Below are positions 45,235-54,608 of a stretch of 64,000 nucleotides of DNA, in pieces. A model generated the notes under the pieces. That model was not told the DNA's origin. It did not search any database and worked only from the letters and a program-made list of their open reading frames with translations. A program made the translations under genes and the position numbers. Position 1 is the first letter of the stretch; the number at the start of each line of letters is the position of its first letter. Source of the DNA: a virus (Duplodnaviria; Caudoviricetes); the IMG/VR virus record IMGVR_UViG_3300025141_000018. One strand, given 5' to 3'.

Positions 45235-47475
45235 ATGGCCACCACACATGATGATGATGCACGTTATAATAAGGCTATAGGCGTACAAGCCAGAGGATTA
45301 TCTGGCAAAGGCAAAGGAAAGTTTCTCCTCGGTAGTATGCTTGATCGCTTTAATTATACATATCATCTTAGATTTACAATGTTAAATCCAATAGAATCAA
45401 TAGATATGGATCCTTCTTTAGGAGTTGTAATGGTTGAATCTGCAACAACTTCTAGGTACATTATTGATAGTTTTGAACTTACACAAACTGTTGGATGGGA
45501 CAAAGTAACCCGAAGTGCTTTTGGCGGACGAGGTACTTTAGTAATTACTGAATCTGGTGGAGCATCATATTTAGATAGTATGTTACGTGCCGCAACTCTA
45601 CTTAAAATACCTGATTATAAAGAAGCAACATATTTAATGGAAGTATCTTTTCCGACCGAAAGTCCATCTGATCCTATGCTACCAACATATAAGTGGTTAT
45701 TTAAAATTACAGGAATGGCAGTAAATGTTTCCACCGCAGGAGCCCAATATTCTATACAAATAATAGATGTATCGCAACATGCTATTAGTAGTACAGTCGC
45801 AATAATTAACGATGTTTTAGTTTTAGATAAACTAGAAACATTTGGAGATTTTGTTGACACTTTAGAAAAAGAATTAAATGATGCCCAACAAAAGAAAGTT
45901 AAAGTAACACAAATGGTTGCCAATGAATACGAATTTATATATCCTAAAAGTTGGAAATCGTGGAAATTAGAAAACTTAGATGCACCAGATGAAAATGATC
46001 CGTTTATGCGATCAACAAACGATAATACTAAAATACAATGTAAAGTAACAAAAGGAACTAACATACTTGATTTAACGGGTTTTGCAGTAGGTAATACAGC
46101 GGAGTTTCAAGGTTGGGTTAGTGATAAAAGTTCTTCTGGTGAAGCAACAGATAGAGATAAAACGGACGAAACAAAGTTAGATACAATTAAAAAGTTTTAT
46201 AGAATACAAACAGATGTAGAATATTTAAAGTATGATGTTTTAAGAGGCGAATATGCCCAGAAACTTACATATAAAATAATGAGCTACTTGGAACCTAGAC
46301 TAGATGCAGGAATGGCAAAAACATATGTTCCAAATATTGGTAATGCTCAACAAGCAAAAACCCGAGTAGACAAAATGCGTAAAGCAGGATTGCTTAAAAA
46401 AGTTTATGCACACTCAGGAACAGGTATAAACACAAATGTTTTAAACTTTGATTGTACAATGAATCATTCTTACTATTCATTACAACCTGTTTTTAATTCT
46501 GCTAGTATAGCACAAATACCTGGATATAAATTTGAACAAGGCGGAAAACACAAACAAAACAAATTATTAGATGACATTAAAAAAATAGATTCAAAAATAG
46601 AAAAATTACAATCAGCGGCAAATGCAGAAAGTTCGCCAGGCGTAATAGGTAGTAGTATAGCAAAAAGCCAAGAAGACTCAGTTAAACAACGAAATCAAAA
46701 AATGGACGAATTAGTATCAACCCCTTCAGTAAATGATGAGCCCTCAGTTCCTGCACCAACAAGTAATAAAGGACGAATGACAGGATTAACGTATGCAGAA
46801 TCATTTCAGGATGAAGAAGAATACTTAAATCCAAATAGTTTTCCTATAAAATTTATAGAAGATGCAAATATGGCAACTAATATGGAAGCATTTCCGGGCG
46901 GATCACATCGCGGTAGGGCATTTTTTAACACAACATATTTAAATTTAAGTAACAATGCAGATTTTGCAAAAATAGATTTACATATTAAAGGTGATCCGTA
47001 TTGGTTTGGAAGTCCTAATAGTATACGAGATAATGATTGGCATGATGATGAAACCGGTTTATATGCTAACTATGAATTAGGAAGTTGTGCTTTCTTTTTT
47101 ACAATGAATTTTCCGTCAACATCATTAGCATCAAGAGATTCAAATTCTCAATACGGTAGTCCTTCAGAAACAAATATGGAAAGCCAAGGAGTTAGCAATC
47201 CAACTCATCAAGGAACGGCTTCTTCTATGCTAACTGGAAAGGCTATGGCAAATAACGATACTTCAAGTAAAGGATTAACAAGTCCAGAACCATGGGTACA
47301 AGAAGCAAACGGATTAGAGGCTGTTTATCTAGTTACAAATATTATAAGTAATTTTTCTAATGGACAATTTACACAACATTTATATGGATTGCGTGATTGC
47401 ACAATTAATATATCTTTAGTTTATGACGAGTTAAAAGGCGACATAGACTTAGTAAAACAACATCAAGATTTTTGA
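45235..47475 (+). CDS. Baseplate hub protein (gp27-like)
   Basis: Position between the gp53-like and gp5-like genes, with YTYHLRF and IKGDPYW...F.Q.L patterns. Confidence 0.6.
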   Translation: MATTHDDDARYNKAIGVQARGLSGKGKGKFLLGSMLDRFNYTYHLRFTMLNPIESIDMDPSLGVVMVESATTSRYIIDSFELTQTVGWDKVTRSAFGGRGTLVITESGGASYLDSMLRAATLLKIPDYKEATYLMEVSFPTESPSDPMLPTYKWLFKITGMAVNVSTAGAQYSIQIIDVSQHAISSTVAIINDVLVLDKLETFGDFVDTLEKELNDAQQKKVKVTQMVANEYEFIYPKSWKSWKLENLDAPDENDPFMRSTNDNTKIQCKVTKGTNILDLTGFAVGNTAEFQGWVSDKSSSGEATDRDKTDETKLDTIKKFYRIQTDVEYLKYDVLRGEYAQKLTYKIMSYLEPRLDAGMAKTYVPNIGNAQQAKTRVDKMRKAGLLKKVYAHSGTGINTNVLNFDCTMNHSYYSLQPVFNSASIAQIPGYKFEQGGKHKQNKLLDDIKKIDSKIEKLQSAANAESSPGVIGSSIAKSQEDSVKQRNQKMDELVSTPSVNDEPSVPAPTSNKGRMTGLTYAESFQDEEEYLNPNSFPIKFIEDANMATNMEAFPGGSHRGRAFFNTTYLNLSNNADFAKIDLHIKGDPYWFGSPNSIRDNDWHDDETGLYANYELGSCAFFFTMNFPSTSLASRDSNSQYGSPSETNMESQGVSNPTHQGTASSMLTGKAMANNDTSSKGLTSPEPWVQEANGLEAVYLVTNIISNFSNGQFTQHLYGLRDCTINISLVYDELKGDIDLVKQHQDF

Positions 47476-47490
47476 AATGGATAAGGAATA

Positions 47491-48630
47491 ATGTCAGGAT
47501 CAATAGAAAGTGGTATACCTAATCGCTATAAGACAGGTGCAGGATTATATAATAAAATGTCCGGCATCTATATTGGCAAAGTAAAAAAGAATGAAGATAA
47601 AGAAAACCACGGCAGAGTCTGGGTATGGATTGGCTCAACTGGATCTTCTGAAGATGATGAACGCTATTGGCTTCCTGTTGTTTATACTAGTCCATTTGCA
47701 GGAGCAACAGATCAATTAAAAGTATCACCAGGTAAAACTTATAAAGCCACACAAAAAAGTTACGGCTGGTGGGCAACGCCTCCAGATATTAATAACTATG
47801 TAATTTGTGCATTTCCTGAAGGTGTGCCGTGGGGTATATGGTTTTCTTGTTTATATCAAACCAGTACAAATCAAACAGTACCGGGTATTCCTTATGATAC
47901 TACTACTGCTGGAGAGTTTCCGGCGGCTAACAAAAATAGATTATCGCAAGGTAAAAAAGATACAACATTCCCGCCACATGATATAATAAAAGCCGGACTT
48001 ACTACCCAAGGACTAGAAAAAGATAAAGTACGTGGACTAACAACTAGTGGAGCAAGACGAGAAAGTCCGAGTAAAGTATTAGGCATACTAAGTCCAGGAC
48101 AACATCAGTTTGTTATAGACGACGAGGATCCTGATAGTGGTATACGATTGCGTACTGCTAATGGTGCCCAAATTTATATAAATGATACCAATAATTTTAT
48201 CTACATTATTAATAAAGATGGTAGCAGTTGGGTTGAAATGGACGGTGACGGCCAAATCAATATGTATGCAAAGAATAATATTAACATACATAGTGAAGCC
48301 AATGTTAACATACATGCTAATCAAGATATACGTATGCAAGCAGATAATATTGTAGGTATAAAAGCACTTGCCGATGTACATTTAGAAAGTGTTGGCAAAA
48401 TGAATATCCAATCAGGTGATAATTTAATGATAACAACGGATGCAGATGGCAATATAAAATGTGCAGGCGGATATAAAGAAACTGCAAGTAGAATTGACAT
48501 GAACGGGCCACCAGCGACTGCCGCAACTAAATTAACACCTAATTCGTTAGGCGAAAATAAAAATGTAACGTCTAGCATAGCAGTAAAAGTTCCAGAACAC
48601 GAGCCGTGGAAAGGACACATAAATCAATAA
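47491..48630 (+). CDS. Baseplate central spike (gp5/VgrG-like OB-fold plus beta-helix), no lysozyme domain
   Basis: YIGKVKKN...GRVWV, SYGWWATPPD, GQHQFVIDD, IRLRTANGAQI, beta-helix repeats and terminal VPEHEPWKGH. Confidence 0.8.
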   Translation: MSGSIESGIPNRYKTGAGLYNKMSGIYIGKVKKNEDKENHGRVWVWIGSTGSSEDDERYWLPVVYTSPFAGATDQLKVSPGKTYKATQKSYGWWATPPDINNYVICAFPEGVPWGIWFSCLYQTSTNQTVPGIPYDTTTAGEFPAANKNRLSQGKKDTTFPPHDIIKAGLTTQGLEKDKVRGLTTSGARRESPSKVLGILSPGQHQFVIDDEDPDSGIRLRTANGAQIYINDTNNFIYIINKDGSSWVEMDGDGQINMYAKNNINIHSEANVNIHANQDIRMQADNIVGIKALADVHLESVGKMNIQSGDNLMITTDADGNIKCAGGYKETASRIDMNGPPATAATKLTPNSLGENKNVTSSIAVKVPEHEPWKGHINQ

Positions 48631-49940
48631 TGTGGATAGGCACAGACTGTCAACAAGACGAAGTGTTTGATAAAGACACTTACACGTGGCCAACAGGACA
48701 AAAATATACTGGCGAATTTACAAAAAATCCAAATACAAATAAAAATAATCCACCAATGATTCCGCACGGCAATGGTACATGTGAATATCCGGACGGAAGA
48801 AAATTTGTTGGTACATTTAATTTAGGACAACCTGTAAAAGGAGAATGGAATGTAGCAACAGATATAGTACAGGATAACAAAATGTATACTTCTGATGGCA
48901 GAGTATACGAAGGAAATTGGAAAGACGGTAATGCTAAGTTAACATTGCATACGGGTACAATATATGAAGGTGTCTTTAAAAACGGAAAAATAATTAAAGG
49001 AACAATGACATATCCTTCTGGAAGGAAATGGAATGGTAAATTTGATGAAGATATGCAACGATATATTCATGATCCAGTAAAAGAAACAATAGTACCTAGA
49101 GGTAAAAGAACATACTATGGAGAAGTTAATAAATTTGGCGAAGAAGATGGCATAGGATATTTTACTATCGAAGATGGTACACAAGGAGCAGGCGAATTTA
49201 CTAACGGATGGTTATCGGGCATTTCAGTTTTACAAAGAGCTTCAGGAGAAACATATGCTATTGATAGAAAAGGCAACAGTAAAGAAGGACACGGCATTTA
49301 TGTTTGGCCAGCAAAGAATGCATACGAAGAAGATACATGGTATATCGGAGAATTTAAAAACGCAAAACCAGAAGGGTTTGCAATATTCAAAACAAGTTAT
49401 GGATATACATGGATTGGCGAAGTTAATAGATCGTGGATGCCAGTAGAAGGCCGCGGAAATTGGTTTAATAGATATAATCAGCCTGTAAAATTGCCTATAT
49501 GGATTGGTGGTGAAAAAAAGTTTGAAGGCTTTGGTACAAATATTGCTTCAAACGGAGTATACTATCAAGGAGATTGGGTTAATGGACAACGACATGGCTG
49601 GGGTATTCATACTAAACCAGATGGATATAGATATGAAGGCGAATTTAAACACGATAAAAAACACGGCAAAGGAATATTTTTTAAGGCAAAACATAATAGT
49701 GTCTACGAAGGCGAGTTTGCTTATAACCTACCTAATGGTTACGGAATACGTTATAACCCAGAAGGCCCAGGCGGCCCAGTTATACATAGGGGAACATTTA
49801 AAAACGGGTTGTACTACGGAAAAGGAGAAATGCGATTTAGTGATTGCACATCCTTTTTTGGCACGTGGAACAACGGTAAATTAATTAAGGAGGATGTAAA
49901 ACGATATGAAGAACACACAGGAACACAATACCCAACTTGA
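48630..49940 (+). CDS. MORN-repeat protein (probable start 48630)
   Basis: Many YxGxWxxGxxHGxG units (e.g. YYQGDWVNGQRHGWG, YEGEFKHDKKHGKG). TAATG overlap with the spike gene. Confidence 0.85.
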   Translation: MWIGTDCQQDEVFDKDTYTWPTGQKYTGEFTKNPNTNKNNPPMIPHGNGTCEYPDGRKFVGTFNLGQPVKGEWNVATDIVQDNKMYTSDGRVYEGNWKDGNAKLTLHTGTIYEGVFKNGKIIKGTMTYPSGRKWNGKFDEDMQRYIHDPVKETIVPRGKRTYYGEVNKFGEEDGIGYFTIEDGTQGAGEFTNGWLSGISVLQRASGETYAIDRKGNSKEGHGIYVWPAKNAYEEDTWYIGEFKNAKPEGFAIFKTSYGYTWIGEVNRSWMPVEGRGNWFNRYNQPVKLPIWIGGEKKFEGFGTNIASNGVYYQGDWVNGQRHGWGIHTKPDGYRYEGEFKHDKKHGKGIFFKAKHNSVYEGEFAYNLPNGYGIRYNPEGPGGPVIHRGTFKNGLYYGKGEMRFSDCTSFFGTWNNGKLIKEDVKRYEEHTGTQYPT

Positions 49941-50253
49941 AGCAGGTAATCTTAATAACGGTATTGGCATCAAAAAGTATAAACTTAAAAAACATGCCGG
50001 AGTTTTTAAGCATAATATAGAAAACGGCGTAGGCATTACAGAATGGCCATCGGGTGCTAAACTATATGGTTATTTTAAAGATGGCACAATAAACAGTTTA
50101 GGACTTTTTATAACAAGTAATAAATTAAGATACTATGGTAAAATAAAAGATTTCAAGCCTGTTAATAATAAACATTGGTTTGATGATAACAACAATGCAG
50201 TTAATTTTACCTTGGAAGAGTCAGTCAATATATTTGCAAAAGAAATAAGTTAA
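49906..50253 (+). CDS. Short MORN-like repeat protein
   Basis: NGVGITEWPSGAKLYGYFKDG. Confidence 0.5.
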   Translation: MKNTQEHNTQLEAGNLNNGIGIKKYKLKKHAGVFKHNIENGVGITEWPSGAKLYGYFKDGTINSLGLFITSNKLRYYGKIKDFKPVNNKHWFDDNNNAVNFTLEESVNIFAKEIS

Positions 50254-50274
50254 ATATATGTAAGGAATATTTTA

Positions 50275-51039
50275 ATGATAACAGTAGCACCAACAGTTGA
50301 TTTTAGTATTTTTACAGCCTCAACGACTGTCGACACAACAACAAAGGCATTAATAACCAGTTTTTCATTAAGTACGGCCGGTAAATCGTTTATTTTATCG
50401 CAAACACGTTATCGCCCTGTAAGAATATATCAAAACGGATCATATCAACAAGGTTATTATAATACTACTCTTGATTTTGAATATGGGCTAACCTCAACAG
50501 AAGCATACAGAGTATACGAACAAGATGTTGCAGATGCCGCAATATTTGTTAAAAACTTTTATCCCGACACTACAACATGCACCCAAAATCAATTTGATGT
50601 GTTAGTTAGTTTATATTTCTTTGAAAGAAATTTACGAACATTTATAGGTAATTCAGGTACATACGATATACAAACTGCATTCTTATCTGGTACTGCTGAA
50701 AATTTTGCAAATATATTAATGGATACATCTGCTAACAGACAACGACATTTTAAGGAAGCAAAAATATATGCCTTAGGAGAGTATGGAGATGCGTTAACTA
50801 CGGCGTGGCTTCGCAATGAAGGTATACAGTATATGCGAGCTAATTATCCGGATAATTTTCCTAGTGCGGCGAGCAGTCCAACGACCGAGCAAAAAAGGCA
50901 AGCTCGGTTATCCTATTACCGTGAAGTTCAACTTTGGCTAACAGGAATGACCGAGCTTGAAAAGCAAGATACAACTAACTTATATGATCAAGTTGTTGCA
51001 GGAACAATTGATCCTTTAAAGGCATTAATTGTTAAATGA
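50275..51039 (+). CDS. Divergent GH24/T4-lysozyme-like protein of the baseplate
   Basis: LSTAGKSFIL...GY and CTQNQFDVLVSLYF follow the lysozyme pattern. The catalytic Glu is not evident. Confidence 0.55.
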   Translation: MITVAPTVDFSIFTASTTVDTTTKALITSFSLSTAGKSFILSQTRYRPVRIYQNGSYQQGYYNTTLDFEYGLTSTEAYRVYEQDVADAAIFVKNFYPDTTTCTQNQFDVLVSLYFFERNLRTFIGNSGTYDIQTAFLSGTAENFANILMDTSANRQRHFKEAKIYALGEYGDALTTAWLRNEGIQYMRANYPDNFPSAASSPTTEQKRQARLSYYREVQLWLTGMTELEKQDTTNLYDQVVAGTIDPLKALIVK

Positions 51040-52623
51040 AACTATTTTATTATTATTATTATCTTCCCAATTTACCATATAATCCCATTCAAAAATAGTA
51101 ACTTTACAATTACCAAATTCAGAAGTTCCAGGACCATCATTCCAAGTACCTAATTTTTTCTTTGGATTCTTATTTTTGAATATCATCTCTGCAAAATCTT
51201 CCCCAGAGCCATAATCATTTGGTCCATTTAGTGCCCAATTAGTAAAAAGCGGATTCGAATTATCAAACCATCTCCAATCACCTTCACTACTCAAATCAGT
51301 TAATCCTATTCTTAATGTATACCCTGATACTTTATTGATTTTATCATTCAATTGGTTATAAAAATAATTTGCAATAAATTCATTTTCTTCATTTCCTTCA
51401 ATTTTCACAGGATACGAATTGAATTCTTTTGATAGATTTTTAGCTATTGACCAAGTAACACACTTATTGGTTAATGCGTATGTATGGTTTTGATAAACCG
51501 TAAAATGTGAAAAGTGTTCATCAATATGTGGACGAGCCATCTCTAAGGATTCAGGCTTAGAAGGAATAACGGCCAGGATTTTCTTTTCGCCCCGAACACA
51601 ACGGACACTGTATTCTTTCGACTTATCCTTTGTTTCATCAGTCAAGGTCCAAAATTGTTCATAACGGCTATCATCCGGATAATCTCCTTTTTCAGGCAAA
51701 GTCCAATCATTGAATCCTTCGAGATCCAGATTTTTGCAATATTCAACAGCACCATACCAATTAAGGTGGTAATCAAATGCTTCTTTCTGCCACATCAGCC
51801 TGGTTGTTGGTTTATTAGTTGTTGGTTTATTATTAGAAACGAGTTTCTCGGGCGTTTTATTAACAACTTTTTTAGCAACAGACTTCCGTTTCTGTTTTTT
51901 ATTCTTAATTTGTTCAAAGAGCTTGTTAGATTGCACAACCTGATTCATAGCAAGTGTCTGATTGTTCCTCTCAACTACTTGAATTCTATTTTCAAGAGTT
52001 TCGTTTTTCTTAGATAATTTTGCTATTGTTTCAGATTGTTCTTCAATGTAGGTATTTGCAGTTTTCCTATTTGCTCTGCAAGTTTCCATTTCATCCCGTG
52101 GAACTTTTATTAATGTCGACACTACAAAAGAATGTCCCATAAAACTTCCACCATGAAAGTTACTGTATCGTTCTAAATAGCGATCCTCGGTTGTTACATT
52201 TCCCATATATAATTCTGCTCTCATTTTAGCAAACGAATTACCTTGGGTCAATGTATCAATTACACCGCCATTACCGCCAATACTAACATCTTTATGTTCT
52301 TCAATAACAGAAACATTAAGTCCACAGTAACGAGCAAACGCAATCATGGCATCATTAAATGATTCATTTTTTGCATCTTTACGTTCTGAACGTCTTGCTG
52401 ACATTCCAACAAAATAAAATGCATCACCTTCTTTTGGAGTTTTTCGCAACCAATCAGGTTCTATTGCAGGCTCAGTATGATCTAGTTGAGAATATCCTGA
52501 TATTTTTACTTTGTTTATTTCTTGAGATTTTGCTTTTGGAGTAGTAGCCGTCGCAGTTGAACAACTAATTATAAACGGAAGGAGTAAGTATAAAATCTTA
52601 TCCTTTATTGTTATATTTTTCAT
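51025..52623 (-). CDS. Multidomain lipoprotein: LPP20-like, coiled coil, DUF1566(Lcl)-like and C-type lectin domains
   Basis: Lipobox IISC; PDWL..YFVG; LMWQK...NWYGAVEYCKNLDLEGFNDWTLP..YSVRCVR; then TWSIAK...PVKIEGNEENEFI...IGLTD..SEGDWRW..NWALNGPN..EDFAEM...WND. Confidence 0.7.
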   Translation of the reverse strand: MKNITIKDKILYLLLPFIISCSTATATTPKAKSQEINKVKISGYSQLDHTEPAIEPDWLRKTPKEGDAFYFVGMSARRSERKDAKNESFNDAMIAFARYCGLNVSVIEEHKDVSIGGNGGVIDTLTQGNSFAKMRAELYMGNVTTEDRYLERYSNFHGGSFMGHSFVVSTLIKVPRDEMETCRANRKTANTYIEEQSETIAKLSKKNETLENRIQVVERNNQTLAMNQVVQSNKLFEQIKNKKQKRKSVAKKVVNKTPEKLVSNNKPTTNKPTTRLMWQKEAFDYHLNWYGAVEYCKNLDLEGFNDWTLPEKGDYPDDSRYEQFWTLTDETKDKSKEYSVRCVRGEKKILAVIPSKPESLEMARPHIDEHFSHFTVYQNHTYALTNKCVTWSIAKNLSKEFNSYPVKIEGNEENEFIANYFYNQLNDKINKVSGYTLRIGLTDLSSEGDWRWFDNSNPLFTNWALNGPNDYGSGEDFAEMIFKNKNPKKKLGTWNDGPGTSEFGNCKVTIFEWDYMVNWEDNNNNKIVSFNN

Positions 52624-52646
52624 TTTGCCTTTATTTGCCTAAGTTT

Positions 52647-52675
52647 AAAAGAAAGGAGTGACCTAAGCCACTCCT
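52647..52675 (-). terminator. Rho-independent terminator between the two lipoprotein genes
   Basis: Minus strand reads AGGAGTG-GCTTAGGT-CACTCCT followed by TTCTTTT. Confidence 0.7.
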
Positions 52676-52683
52676 GAGTGAGT

Positions 52684-53400
52684 TTATTGAGTTACAGGTG
52701 CCTCAAGTGGGCTAACTTCAGTTTGAAAAAAGTCATCATCGTTGATGCCTTCTTTTTCAACTATTTCCCAGAACTTAAGACTATTGACTGCCTGCTCTTG
52801 AGCGGCCGCCGTTACTGCATTACTTGCTTCTTGCTTTGCTTTAAAAACATTATGCTTGGCAGTATTACCAAATGCCTCAATAAAATGTTTCTTTGGCATT
52901 GACACAAGTGCAAAATACTTGTATCCTGGGCGTCCGACCATGTCGGCTTCACGCTCAAAATACCACTTAGTAGTACGAGCACCTTTAAGTACATTCATAT
53001 GAACGAACTTATAATAGCCCCTTGAACCTATTGTTGGTGCAAGTGTAGCACCATCAAGACCGAAACCTAATTCGGCTTCTTCATACTTTGCTTTTGCTAC
53101 GGTACTCAAATACTCCATACCGGAGAACAACGCATCACGTTTCGCGGCACGTCTTGCCGATTTTTCAGTGGCGTAAAGTGAACTTACACCAGTAAAATAA
53201 ATCAGATCTCCATCAAGCAATGGTTCATTCATTACCCACTCAGGACGATCAGATTGGTCTGGATACGTGATTGGTTTTAGTTGCTGAACAGTAGTAGTAG
53301 CAATTAAACTATCACTAACTGACGAACTAATCGATGGCCTTTTGTCACTACATCCGACAGCCACCATTGCAATTACCATTGCAACGAGGATATTTTTCAT
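52684..53400 (-). CDS. LPP20-like lipoprotein
   Basis: Signal MKNILVAMVIAMVAVG-C (lipobox), RPEWV..YFTGVS..ARRAAKRDA. Probable start at 53400. Confidence 0.75.
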   Translation of the reverse strand: MKNILVAMVIAMVAVGCSDKRPSISSSVSDSLIATTTVQQLKPITYPDQSDRPEWVMNEPLLDGDLIYFTGVSSLYATEKSARRAAKRDALFSGMEYLSTVAKAKYEEAELGFGLDGATLAPTIGSRGYYKFVHMNVLKGARTTKWYFEREADMVGRPGYKYFALVSMPKKHFIEAFGNTAKHNVFKAKQEASNAVTAAAQEQAVNSLKFWEIVEKEGINDDDFFQTEVSPLEAPVTQ

Positions 53401-53477
53401 AACATTCCCTTTCAATTAAGGATTAACAGTTAAATTATGTGTTTACACGATGCAAACACTTCTGACCTCATGCAATT

Positions 53478-53506
53478 ATTATACACTATGCACACTCTAG
53501 AGTCAA
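53478..53506 (-). promoter_or_regulatory. Near-consensus sigma70 promoter TTGACT-N17-TATAAT with A-tract UP element
   Basis: agtcaa at 53501-53506 and attata at 53478-53483, with T-tracts at 53511-53526 on the + strand. Confidence 0.8.
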
Positions 53507-54193
53507 CCTCTTTTTTAATTTTTTTTCATAATAGAGCCATTTTTTTGCAAAATCGCACGATTTTGTTTCATTTGCCCAAGGGCCACCTAGTGTATAGTGA
53601 TAAATTTTTATATTTTTGATTGGATTGTATTCGCCTACGAGGAAATTATAGTGTATAGGCATTTTACCTATAAAGGGGGTTTCGGTCCATCTAAAGTGCA
53701 TTAAATCACTTGCTGGAGCATTATTAACATAAGATAATGTTAACTTTCTGCAATCAGGATGTCCGTTATTAAACAACATAAAACTTGCCCAATTCTTACG
53801 TGGAAAGGCTGAATTGTGTTCATCTTTAACGCCTGAAGCAATATATTTTGATTTAGTAGGAGTATAATTATGCTGAACTACACTAACCGCTTGCATATCA
53901 TTTATATAACGAAGCGTTTCCATTAGATTACATTCAACAATAAAGTCATCATCCATGAATATACTGTAACCTTCAAATTTACAAAAAGCAGGACACATAA
54001 ATCGAGCAATAGTGTGATCTGTATTTTGATCCGGTGCTCGTTTTCTAGTCCATCCTGCTAGGTGCTGAGGATGCATAGGAAAGATACGAGCCTCAGGATT
54101 ATATGTTAAAACGCTTTCTTTACACACATCCGACACATGAGGGCGTTCATGTGTGAGTCCTATGAAGATGTTTAATTTAGGTAGTTTTTTCAT
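53486..54193 (-). CDS. GT8-like glycosyltransferase
   Basis: IFIG, ARFMCP, SIFMDDDF (DxD), VSVVQH, RKNWASFML, YNFLVG and HYTLGGPW. Confidence 0.75.
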   Translation of the reverse strand: MKKLPKLNIFIGLTHERPHVSDVCKESVLTYNPEARIFPMHPQHLAGWTRKRAPDQNTDHTIARFMCPAFCKFEGYSIFMDDDFIVECNLMETLRYINDMQAVSVVQHNYTPTKSKYIASGVKDEHNSAFPRKNWASFMLFNNGHPDCRKLTLSYVNNAPASDLMHFRWTETPFIGKMPIHYNFLVGEYNPIKNIKIYHYTLGGPWANETKSCDFAKKWLYYEKKLKKRLTLECA

Positions 54194-54194
54194 C

Positions 54195-54202
54195 GATAAA
54201 TA
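54195..54202 (+). promoter_or_regulatory. Late promoter (GATAAATA) for gp25-gp6-gp7
   Basis: Ends 22 nt upstream of the ATG at 54225. Confidence 0.65.
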
Positions 54203-54224
54203 TATAAAATTGAAGGTACTTCGT

Positions 54225-54608
54225 ATGGCTAAGATTCTATTTAAAGGTTACTCAACAATCGATAAGAAGATTGGAAGTACGCAACTTTTTGATTTAAATT
54301 TAGCAAAACAAGATTTAATGAACCATTTTTACACCAGACGTGGTGAACGTGTAATGGAACCAACTTTCGGTAGTCTTATCCCTACATTGTTATTTAACCC
54401 GATTAATAACGATATGGATGATATAATTTTACAAGATGCTGAATCAATTATAGATACAGACCCACGTTTTGAATTAGTTACAGCAGATACCACAATTAAT
54501 GCAGATGCTAATTCAATTACATTAAACTTATTATTAAACTATACACCAGATGATAAACAAGTAACTATGGAGTTACAATTCGACGCAAGAGCTGAAGAGG
54601 CAGTATAA
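54225..54608 (+). CDS. gp25: Baseplate wedge gp25-like (probable start 54225)
   Basis: FKGYST, DLMNHFYTRRGERVMEPTFGS and DPRFEL. Confidence 0.9.
   Translation: MAKILFKGYSTIDKKIGSTQLFDLNLAKQDLMNHFYTRRGERVMEPTFGSLIPTLLFNPINNDMDDIILQDAESIIDTDPRFELVTADTTINADANSITLNLLLNYTPDDKQVTMELQFDARAEEAV

Noticed and set aside
51025-52623. Diversity-generating retroelement target (DUF1566 and C-type lectin folds)
   Set aside because: No reverse transcriptase and no template/variable repeat pair were seen in the window. A TR elsewhere in the genome cannot be excluded.
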